Part shown: positions 1-11,100 of the stretch, piece by piece
How positions within the stretch are numbered: position 1 is the first letter of the stretch
Layout of the letters: each line of letters begins with the position of its first letter
Source of the DNA: Antedon mediterranea
Taxonomy: Eukaryota > Animalia > Echinodermata
DNA length: 64,000 nucleotides
Reading direction: 5' to 3'
Assembly: GCF_964355755.1 (NCBI RefSeq)
Contig: NC_092675.1
Span: 11,279,812-11,343,811 of the forward strand
The notes under the pieces: model-generated
What the model was told of the DNA's origin: nothing
Seen by the model: only the letters and a program-made list of their open reading frames with translations
Database searches by the model: none
Program-made: the position numbers and the translations under genes

Positions 1-3000
1 GTTTTAATACATGTTATTCCTAGATTTTAGAACTATACTTCAAACAAGTAGCAATCGCTGGTACTCCGTCTCAGAGGAGCGCTGGCGAACAAGTGAATGT
101 TTGTTAAAGGCTCTCGTGCGTTATATTTGACGGACGGCGGCCGTGTATATAAGGATTTAGCAGATCGTGTATTTCATTTCAATTACAAATAGCGTATTTT
201 AATAGCTTTAATACTTCATAAAAAAATATTTAATGGAATTAAACAATTTAGTTTCATTTTGTGTGTTGATGATTAGGATGGTAAAATAATTTTGAAGTAT
301 AACATTTAGTCCAATATAATTATAAATAAATAGATACTATAAATATTAATACCTATAATAAAAATATAGTTAAGTAACTAACAGGCTATTTAATTAGTAT
401 TAACTCAATAATAATTAAGTATACTAAATTAAAACAAATATAAATAAAACAAATTAAAATATAAAAGAATAAATCAAATGTACTAACTAACTAAATAAAA
501 ATATTTAAAGAAATATTAAATAAATAAAACATATAGATTTACTAATATAATAAATAAAAATATTAATAAAATAAATACAAAATTAATATTTTTTTCTGTA
601 CTTGCTGTATTTTCAGAATGGTTTTAAAAATAAAAGTAAAATATGGAAGAGATAATAAAGATAAGGGCTCACCAACCCCGAAAACTAATTCAAGAGGTGC
701 CGTCCATTCAAAATTGTATAGAGAAAGATTAAAAAAAGATCCAGAAGAGTGGAAACGTTTTCAAGAAAGAGAGAATGCCAGACATCGTCAGCGTAGGGCC
801 AGGCGGTCTGAGGCAGATAAATTAAGAGATCGAGAAAAAAGTAGGACAAGACAGCAAAGATTTGTAGAGAGAAAGAAAGCAGAGGGAGAGAAAATACAGC
901 AGAAAGTAAAGCCATTAGCAACACGTAGCGAAAAAATGAAGAAAGCCGAGTACAATAAGATCAAGAAAAGAGAATCAAGAGCGAGAATGACTTCACAACA
1001 CAAAAGACGTGTGAAAGAGAAAGATGCAAAACGGAAGAGAGAGAAGCGCAATGCAAAAAGAAAGAAACAAAACATCAATCAAACACCTTCACTTCACAAA
1101 ACTTCTGGTTTCCCTTCAATTACTGCAAAACGAATGGCAGCATCACGTTTATGGGCTAAGTTACCCAAGGAACCAGAAAGATTTGCCGAGATTGTGGAAG
1201 AATTTGTTAAAGGTAGCAGAACAACACCAAGAAAAAAAGCTGCATTGAGAAGACATGGTCTTGGCATCAACAAAGGAAAAAGGGATTTACAATTCCAAGA
1301 TTTAATAACAGAAAACCTGAAAAATAAGTTGCAGGTGCTAAAAAAAAAGAGCGACACCTCATCCCGTAAAGACAGAAGATTACTTGCAAGTGCTCACCTG
1401 ATTAGCAAGAAATATCACATGCAGAGTAGACTTGCAAACAATTGGATGTTCGTCCAAACTACTTATCAAGTATTAGAAAGAAAATTGATAAAAATGACGG
1501 AGTTGTACTTGACTTGCGAAAAAGAAGGAGCGATGCTACAAGTTTTGATGATTGAGAAGGTACAATCTTTTTATAAAAATCCTAAAATTTCAAGAGAATT
1601 ACCATTAATGAAATCTGTGAAGAAACAAATCCAGAGGAGTGTCATGGAAGTGTCTATCGATCAGGCATATAAAATGTGGAAAAGCGAAAATCCATATTAT
1701 TATAAATATTATTAGCCACTCTTTGTTTCAGAAATTGAGACCAAATACTGTCCTTTTGCAACACAAAACTAAATTAAACCAATGCCTTTGTGAGTACTGC
1801 ACATCAATCCTCCTCAAGTTACAGGCCTTAAACAGAGCTGCTGTAGCATACAAGATGCCTACTATCAAAATTAAAAATAAATATGAGCTGATTGCACTTA
1901 CTATGTGCCCAAAAGAGGACAACGAAAAGTACAATAAACCAGGATGTATATATAGAGAGTGTGAAGACTGTGGTGTGTCCCTCCTCAAGACTAAAGTTAT
2001 GGCATTGGAAGAACATCATGGTGAAGAAATGATCCAGTGGATGAAATGGAGTGACCAGCAATATGAACTCTGTGGGAAAACCAAGATGAAGAAAGTGGTA
2101 ATAACAGAGAGGACCACAGTCAGTAATTTTTTGCAAGAATTTGTTAAAGAAACCGAGTCATTGTCCAAACATCTGTTCGTTGCAAACTGGCAGCAAGATG
2201 GATTTACAACCATTTCGAAAACACTCCCCGAAAACTGGACTTTGATGGTGTTAGATTTTGCTGAAAACTATAGCTGTCTCCGACAACTTATTTTGCCAAA
2301 CATTTCAATACATACTGTAAAATACTTTTTTTGTTACAAAATTCTTTTAAATAAAAATTAAATGTCTGTTTAAAATTTATGATAATTACAGTATTAAATT
2401 TGTCAAAATGAATAGAACATGTATGGTAATGTTGACATGTGATAAGGCAAGCAAGATAATTTGAAATCTAAAATGCAACCATTTTGATGAATTTACTGAT
2501 GTGGTAGAAAACCATATTTTAAGGAATATTTCCCAACTTGTAAATTTGTTAACTTAACTCAATTAACACAATAATTATTCTATTTATGCATCATGCACGT
2601 TTTCATGTTGACTGTAGAATAATTAGGCAATTAAGATAATTGTTTCAGATTGATTTTCAATTTAAATATTTCAAACCATTTTGATGAACTTCTTATTTAT
2701 TGACATGTTCAGTTGTGTTTTTATACCTGCAAGTATTGTATAGTTGAATTTGGAATTACACACGGAGATTACATAACGGTATTTGGATTTTATTAAATAC
2801 TTTCCAAAATTGTTTTTTTGCCTTAAAATATTGGTAATTTTTAATAAATAGCCAACCTTCACACCTCAAGTGTACTCTTATCATTTTTTTTCTCAAACTA
2901 CATGCACAATAGTGTTTTCCAGACAACACACACACCCACACCCACAGCTTCGTCTGTCAAACTAACACACGCAAGCGTAGTGTCTGTCAAACTAATACAC

Positions 3001-3600
3001 GCAAGTACACCTCAAATAATGTCATTATGTTCAAAGATATGCCATTTGATATTATTTTTCCTCATAAAACATTTTGCCATTATGACTTTCTGCAATTCTA
3101 TCAAGAATAGTTAATAACCAGAGGATTTACAGTGATTAAAGTACAGTACAATTAAAACAGCATAATAAATTTTTACCAATTGCATGCTAATTTTTTAAAG
3201 ACAAAAACACTTTTATGTGATTATTGAGAATTTTTTTTTCCGCATTTATACTTTGAAATGTAGTATATTAAACATAATTAAATAAATTATAAGACATAGT
3301 TATGATAATTTTATTATTTGTTCAAGAAAAACAACTAAATTTTGTCCGTCAAAACTAACACACGCAATTGCTACACCAATGAAATTAAAATACATTTTTT
3401 GAAGTTCATGTTCAGTCACTTATCTTTTTTTTAGTATTGCCTGAAAGATATGTTTTTACTCAACAATTTCAGGTTATAAAAAAAAATATGTTAAAGATGA
3501 AAAATTGACCTCTGTGTTACAGTTTTATAACACTTTAGCATATTTTGAGTCAGTTACAAATAATGTGCACCAAATTAGTGAATGCGAGATGTTATTACTC
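1..3600 (+). mobile_element. Internally deleted Sola2-like DNA transposon; left terminus probably upstream of the window, right boundary approximate
   Basis: Carries the decayed transposase at 618-2290. Subterminal motif cgtgcgttatatttgacggac (115-135) recurs inverted as gtc(t/c)gtcaaa(a)ctaa(c/t)acacgcaa at about 2952, 2982 and 3344. Confidence 0.55.
618..2290 (+). pseudogene. Frameshifted, 3'-truncated Sola2-like transposase
   Basis: Basic coiled N-terminus; RKRRSDA (shifted frame, about 1510-1540) then VQSFY..ISRELP; FQKLRP..CLCEYC, MC..C...C..CG Cys cluster and MVLDFAENYSC, which I recognise as the Sola2 first catalytic Asp motif. Coding similarity stops just after it. Split over ORFs 618-1715 and 1639-2361. 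Confidence 0.7.
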
Positions 3601-3625
3601 TTAGTACTTTACTCGTTTTGTCATG

Positions 3626-3909
3626 CAAAATTCGAACCAATGCATGCGCTTATACTCATATATTTTGCAATCGATTTTCTCTGTTTCTGGCTAAATCCCA
3701 GTAACTTCAAACCAGGTACAACCCTACGGTGTACACTACCTAACGAGCCAACAATAACCACAATAACCAAAATTCGAACCAATGCATGCTCTTATACTCA
3801 TATATTTTGCGATCAATTTGCTCTGTTTCTGGCTAAATCCCAGTAACTTCAAACCAGGTACAACCCTACGGTGTACACTACCTAACGAGCCAACAATAAC
3901 CACTATTAC
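3626..3909. repeat. 142-bp tandem duplication at the 3' end of the RLE domain
   Basis: caaaattcgaaccaatgcatgc...gagccaacaataaccac starts at 3626 and again at 3768, with few differences. Confidence 0.95.
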
Positions 3910-4323
3910 TTTGCATTTGAATGCCGTGTCCACAGTTATTAATTCGCATAATTGCATGTACTTTCTAAATTTTGTCTCGTAACAGGTCTCCACAAATGCA
4001 TCAAATGGAGTTGAAATTTCAACAATAAAGGCTTTTTTTGACTGATTGTCGATCAATAGCAGATCAGGTCTTTGATATTGTATTATACTGAAATCAGTGT
4101 CACTATTAGGAATCATTCTACAATTAATTAACTTGTCCTTAAAAGAACTGATATTAGGACGTGAAATCATTATTTCTTTATGGATTATGTCCACCACTCT
4201 GTTGTGCCGAGTAACATATATGTTTTTAAAAGACATACATGTACAACCATTCATAACATGCGATACTGTGTCATTTAGATTATTACATACTATACATCGT
4301 TTATGGTGGATATTGGGATATTA

Positions 4324-4809
4324 GGGAGGTTTCGCAACCTTACGATAACGAAAACGGATACGTCATACATTTGTGAAACTTTTGAGCTCATCCCCATTTC
4401 ATATTCGTAAAGCGTATTCGTGTTGACGAATATCACCAGTCATATTCGTAACTACAAAACGGGTATACTTTTTGATCTATCTTGCACATTTTGCATTTGA
4501 ATTAGGAATGATTCATGATTATAATATAATTATAGATTTATTGAAAGTAATTTACTAAAATGCCAGGTCAATTTAGATAAATAGCAGTTTTTAAAGTCCT
4601 CACTCGCTTCCGCTTTGATGTTACGCTAGGCCTAGGCAGCCAAGCAACACGTACCTTCGCTTCGCTCAAATTTACCGCAGTCATATTTTGGACGCGCCTC
4701 AATATTTCGTTGCCATGCGAAACAGATTTTTTTATGGCTTACAAAAACGAATACGTGTGCGTGACGTATCCGTTTTCGTTATCGTATTCGTAAGATTGCG
4801 AAACCTCTC
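4324..4809 (-). mobile_element. MITE family A, copy 1, inserted in the R2-like element
   Basis: TIRs gggaggtttcgcaaccttacga / tcgtaagattgcgaaacctctc, flanked by TA on both sides. It is the reverse complement of the copies at 60523 and 62189. Confidence 0.9.
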
Positions 4810-6569
4810 TAATATCTATTTAACAATGTACCCACTTCCAGTAGTTCACATCTCGCCTTATAGACAAAGCAAACAAGCTTATCCCTCAATGACAAGTTAT
4901 TAATAAAGGCAGATGTCAACTTCAGATCTTTACCAACTGTACTGAATATGCTTCCTTGAGATTTCAAACCACTTAATCGTTTTATTCTACTTTCAGTGTG
5001 TGTCATTTTTATACATTTAGAGAGAGAGATATGGGATTCAAATTCCTTAACGTTACCATTAACATTATATAAGGCATAGAAAGTATCATCTTTTAGTCTA
5101 ATCTCAATATGCTCGTGCATACATAATTCATTAAGTTCAACCCAAATAGATTTTGGCCAGTTTACTTTTCCCTGTTTAAATTACTCGACCATCATTGTCA
5201 ACAATGTAACCTCCAAAATTACGGGTATGTTCGTCATCAATAACATTAGCTTTACGATTGTTCATGTGTAGTTTAAAGGACTGTCTTGCACTAAATTTAG
5301 TTTGTTCATCATCAGAATTTAAACACTGTAAAAGAAACGATATTTTTGTGGCAAAATACATGGTTACAGGGTTAATGACTCCCAGTCCACCTTTTCCAGA
5401 CGGTATAAATACCAGGTCTCTGTTGGATGATGTATTAAGAGATAGCCATTGTCGTACATATTCAATAATAATATTCTCAAATTCTTTCAATTTTTTCAGT
5501 GCAATTGACATATTGCACATATAGAAGTTTACTTTTGACAATACCATTTCATTATTGATTTAACTTGGCCACAACTGGAAGGGGAAAGGAGTCAATAAGT
5601 GTCATATTTTCTTTAAACTCGTTAAAAATTTCCATCAATTGAGCATCAGATGCTTTCCCATCTAAACTTATCATATCCTAAATATTTGTATTTGCCCTGC
5701 TTGCCCAACTTTGGAATTTCCGAGCCCTGTATCTTAATATTTACATCAGATGTTATGTCTTTATGATTCCAGTTGTTTCCTGTCCTGTGTCTGTGCAATA
5801 AACCACATTTTAAATGTTTAACATTCATACCGGTTAGTTCAACAAATTGGGTTGTTTTGTTACACATAATTCCCAGCTGCTCTTTATTATTTGTACACAT
5901 CCCAACATCATCAACATATCCCTGTATTGGATTTGGTATAGTTGGTTCCTCCTTATTATTTATTACCCATCGAATCCAGATATCAATACTCTGTTCAAAT
6001 ACATCCATCGAAATTGGGTCACCTTGTATGATACCCCTTAACCTATCAATTGTTTCTGTATAACCAGATTTACATTTAACTTTAAACTTAGAGTCCTTGT
6101 ACATGTTCTCAATAAGTTCAACATATTGTTCGGGGTAACCAAACCATAGTAGTGCATACGCCATAAATTCATGTGAAATGCTTCCGAACACGTCCGCTAA
6201 ATCTACAAAACAAATTTACATCTGTCCAGATTTATGTTTAAAGTCACTTATAGCTGTTTTCATGCAAAACACGTGTTCCTGTAGACCATTCCGTTGCTTC
6301 GCCCCTTTCTGATTTTCAGATAATCGCTTGTTTCTGTTAGCCCAATCCATTATTCTTCTTTCCAATAATTTATTAAATATTTTATAGCAGGTTAACAGAA
6401 GCGATATTGGTCTCCATTGGGTCAGGTCCATAGATGTTTCATTACTCTTTGGAATTAATTTAAAAATAGCGATTTTCCATTCTACAGGAATTCGTTTATA
6501 TTCCATACATGTGTTGAACATATCAATTAGAACTGGATATAAAGGCTCTTTAACTGATTCTTTTTTGCC

Positions 6570-6900
6570 ATGTAATAAACTTTTATAAAGCGCTATTTAG
6601 TGAAGTCTCACAGTGCTAAAAACCAACAAGAATTACATTGTAACATATAAGCGAGAGGAAAAAATATGCTTAAAAATATAATATTTATAATAGAGTATGA
6701 TAATAAAAGTGGGACGAACCCACACAAGACAAAAAAAAAGAAAGACCAACAAAAATTGGAGATTTAATTTAGAAGTGACTTGAATTGCTTAAGAGATTTA
6801 CATTGACGGATATGGAGTTAAAGTTGGTTCCAAACTAGTGGCGCTTGTGCAAAAAACCCTTCAGGGGAAGTTTTAAGGTGTGTTTTTGGAGTAGAAAAAA
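6570..6900 (-). mobile_element. L2/CR1-clade LINE 3' fragment
   Basis: Minus translation FAQAPLVWNQL*LHIRQCKSLKQFKSLL (typical RT C-terminus), followed by an agcactgtgag...agcgctttataaa L2-like tail. Confidence 0.65.
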
Positions 6901-7374
6901 AAAGACATTGTGTTGGGACATGAATGAGATTAAATACTGCAGTTATGTTATTTTCCATCCAACATTTGTTTAATAATAGCTGCTAGCAGGGCCTACCGTA
7001 CTGTACATTTTATAATTACTACTACAAGTTTTGTTGCATAAAAACACATGGCAGTGGCAGTATCCTACAAAAGGGTAATAATAGTGTAACACTGTTGCTA
7101 CCTCCGCCAATGATGTTTTATTTTTGTATGCAATATTTGTTTGTGTCTGTCATGATAACGTCAAGGCTAAAAGACTGAACTTTGTCAAAAGTAAAACTCT
7201 GAAAGCTACTATATAGTTTCAAATGATTCTAATAAATTAAATAGACTAGGATCCCAATTATGGACCACTTTTAGGCTGTGGGATGATGGCCAAATTGTGT
7301 CTTTCTGTAGTCACTAATTGAAATAATTTGTATGTATAACAGTATAATATATTACATTATTAGGCCACAGAGAC

Positions 7375-7850
7375 TACTGTAATTCCTCCGAAATAATCCC
7401 CCACCCACCTTGTATGTGAAATGTATGGGTGGTGGGATTATTGAATATTCTGAAAATGAAGATTGTTCTGTGATGTGTTATGTGAATAATTTCTCTACGG
7501 TCCAATATCATACTGCTTACTAAAGTTATATTCCAGTGTAGAATAAGACTTTACATAAGCATTTAAATGGAGAGGAGCAACTTTAACTGTAGGTTGAACG
7601 ACCTAGGCCATATCTTGATCTTACTGAAAGCCAGCATGCAATAACAATAACAATTTGCAGTGAAACCAAAATAATAAACATTTGTTTGTATTCAACTTTA
7701 CTATGACTAATGTCTTGATCAATATCTAAACAATTTCAAGTCATCTGAATTCAGCCATTGTCCGAAATTTATTAATTTTATATATATAAGTGTCGGTGCA
7801 ACGGTGAACGTAAAGTCGGGGGTGGGATTATATCCGAGATGGAACTATCC
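7375..7850. mobile_element. Decayed Tc1/mariner-pogo type MITE
   Basis: tactgtaattcctccgaaataatccccc at about 7375 and an inverted gggggtgggattatatccgag at about 7817. Confidence 0.4.
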
Positions 7851-8017
7851 ATAGACTGATCTAAAATGAACAGTTTACTTGTTTTATATAACAATAATAA
7901 TATATTCATTTCCCTCCATATAATTGTATACAAATGAATAAAAACTACATACAGGAGGTTTTGACTGCCCTTTGAAATGACATGTGTTGTACTTATAAAG
8001 TTTGTGATATATTTCAG

Positions 8018-8173
8018 GGAGGAGAAAAGTTACAAGATGCTTACTACATTTTCCAAGACCTTGCTGACAAAAACACAGCAACTCCACTACTACTAAATGC
8101 CCAGGCAGCTGCCTTTCTACAACAAGGCAAGTTTGATGAGGCTGAGGGTGCACTTCAAGATGCTTTAGAAAAG
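8018..8173 (+). CDS. COPE: COPE internal exon (52 aa, TPR-like)
   Basis: tttcag|GGAGGAGAA...GAAAAG|gtaaaa; [13 protein letters not shown] motif. Confidence 0.95.
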
Positions 8174-11100
8174 GTAAAATCATTTTGTTTGTTAGATTAA
8201 AATGTCCAATGTAAAATAAAGTAAAATCTCAATTAATTAATTATAAAATAAATTAATGTAATTTATTTAGGTCTTATAATTATTAATACAGGTATGACAT
8301 TTACTTTGATATTTCAAATCTCCTCAATAAAAGCTTCTTTTATAGCTTAAATTACAAACAACAAATTGCATTTCAGATACAGCTCTCAATATGACCTAGG
8401 GAAAAAATGCTACATAAATTTATGTACCTTTGCACATGGGTATTTTGTTTCCAATACCAAAATGTTATCAGGCTAGCTGTAAGACCTGTATAACTACAAG
8501 AACATAATTGGTCGACATAGCATCACATGACTACCGATCCAAAGATCTATAACGTTGTATTGCTCTAAAGGGAAATATATAATGCATTATATTTCTAGGT
8601 CAATATTACTCAACTGATGTAAGCAAATTTTACCCAATAAACATTCAGTGACCAAAAATGGCTGCAACTAACATTTCTTGCACTTTACTAGTAATCCTAG
8701 ATGCCTGCAAAAAAATACTGTATATAACGAAGATCAACCAATACCATGGGTAGAGCTGATGTTTAAGACCAGCTCTGCCGGTCATATTAAACAAATTTGT
8801 AGTAATAAAGCACCATAAAGTTACCAAGTTCATTGTTTTTATTTTATTGTAATGTATATAAAATAACAATTTATATTTGATCTAATGAACATTGCAGGCT
8901 CTATCTTGTATTCCAACTACTGGTCAAAGAAAGACAAGTGTTTGGGATATGTTTATATTTGTACCATTTTATACAATAGTGACCAGATAGCCAGATACAG
9001 CAATATTTAGATTTTAGCTATTTGTGACTGTGCAATTTGGTAGTAGTCACTCTCATACTGTACTGTACATTTAAAAGTAACACATCCAATTGCCAACTTT
9101 AAGTCAATGGCTACCAGATGTCTCTGTGAGACGGTTATTTGAACCAGTATCAGTATCTAAAGCTAACCATTTTCATGTGTAAATGAACATATATTGCCTT
9201 TTATATCTTTGTAATATACTATTTGAGATTCAAGGAATTATATTTTTCCTCTAAGCATGCAATGTTTGTATAATGTGAGCTATCTCTATGCCACAATTTA
9301 GAATCTATATTTCATCCATAAACATCAGCATATACATCTACATGTAGTTCAAGTTGTTCTGATGCTTATTCTGTTTATAAAGCATTAAACTGATTACTTT
9401 TTTTTGTGTTTAAATACTATTAATAATATTTTAATATCACCACAGGATAGCAATAACCCAGAGACTTTAATCAATATGATAGTGTTGGCTCAGCATGTTG
9501 GCAAAGCCCCTGAGGTAAGGATACCAAATTGCAACATGCATTCTTACATTACATGTTATTTGTATTAGTATGCATTTTATGTCTTAATCATAAAATATAT
9601 AAATGTAAATGAATATATTCAATACACTACATACTGTACTAATAGGGCTAGGTCCCACCTTTGATTTAGTATTTGTATCTCTCTTAGCCCATTGACTGCC
9701 GGATGTTTATTGGCTCATTGTTCTGTACTGCCAGTACATTTCAGTGAGGTGAGGTATTTCCTGCTTTCCTGCTTGCCAGCTCATATTTTTTTATAAACGC
9801 GAGAATAAACCAACTTTTTGACAGGGTAGTATTATTTTGCAAATAACTTATAAACTATTGATAATTTGAAAAAATAAATAATAAAACAAATATTCATCAG
9901 ACATTTCTACATGCAATTGTATTTTTATTATAAGGTTTTTAGCAATATTTGTACAGCTAGCTAGATCTACAGTAGGCCAAGCTAGCTAATAATACAGTAG
10001 TAGTAGCCTAGCGCTGGCCTACTAGATAATTTGCGAAGTCCACGTCCATACCACATTGCCTGCCTTGGCCTTCATCAATTTATTTCTAGGCCTAGCTAGC
10101 TAGGCCTACATCAGAATTGACGTCAATATCCAAGCCATCATCATCAAGCACAGCAACGACATTTTATCGCAGTAGAATAGTGCTTCATTTTCATTTCAAA
10201 ACGACATTTTTAACCTCAAAATACTCACATTTTTTATATAGTAGGCCCTACGAATTTTCGCATCAAAATATAGAATGGTTCATTGGCTTTCATTTACTAT
10301 GCATGTCAATACAATTAGACTCAATGAAGACGTTATGTAGGCTATTTTATTGAGACGTTATTTGTTTCGCATAAATGCGAAGTTGGCACAGCGAGTGGTG
10401 GCGTCCTATTCGCATAAATGCGAAGTCGGCAGTCAATGGGTTAAACAAGATTTTTGTTGCTAACCAAGTTTTGCAAAATGTGGCCCCTGTACTTGCTAGA
10501 ATTTTATTTATTAGGTGATCATTTAGAATAAAATGATCACCTATTGTTGTTGTATGAAATTTTTATTATTGGTTATCTGCAGGTTTTGTTGCGGATAACC
10601 AACTTCTGTTGCAGATAACCCTTGTTATCTTCTTTATTCTTCTTTCTTTCCACAATCATAATCATCATATCATAATTTATATAAGGTGTCAACTTTGTAT
10701 GAAATAAAAATGGCTTATTGCACAATAGATTATGCATGCACGCACAATTAAAATTTTATATTGTAAAAAATCAATTTCTAATCAATTTTCTCCACGTTTC
10801 AGGTCATTTTTAACATTTTGAACATTTGTTACCTTTTTTATGTTGCCTGTGCATATTTGCGCACACAGATTGTAAGCAGCATAGAAAAGCCGTTTTTGCA
10901 ATTGATTTTTGCTTCTGTAATAGATTTCATTCATTTTGATGAACTTTAATTGCAAAATAACGATGCAAGTGGACGTTACACACATAATCGTGTGCTAAAA
11001 AATGGGTAATTGAATAAAAATTTGTGAAAAAATGTACCTCTTTTTAATCAGTTATAGTTCCTCAGTATGGTTGGTTACTCCTATTTTTTTAAATGTATTA

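Larger units (their letters stand above)
3612..6560 (-). mobile_element. Decayed, 5'-truncated non-LTR retrotransposon of the R2/NeSL group (RT plus restriction-like endonuclease)
   Basis: Minus-strand ORF fragments in collinear order: IPVEWK..LIPK..WRPISL..CYKIF (6216-6521), DVFGSISH..RGIIQGDPIS..GYVDD..YKYLG (5646-6191), GGLGV (5176-5547), CIVC..H...GC knuckle (about 4240-4300), RHNRVV..RPDLLL..VEIS..K..KY (3736-4254). Confidence 0.9.

Noticed and set aside
685-2213. Several minus-strand and alternate-frame ORFs over the transposase
   Set aside because: Shadows of a purine-rich coding strand; no motifs.
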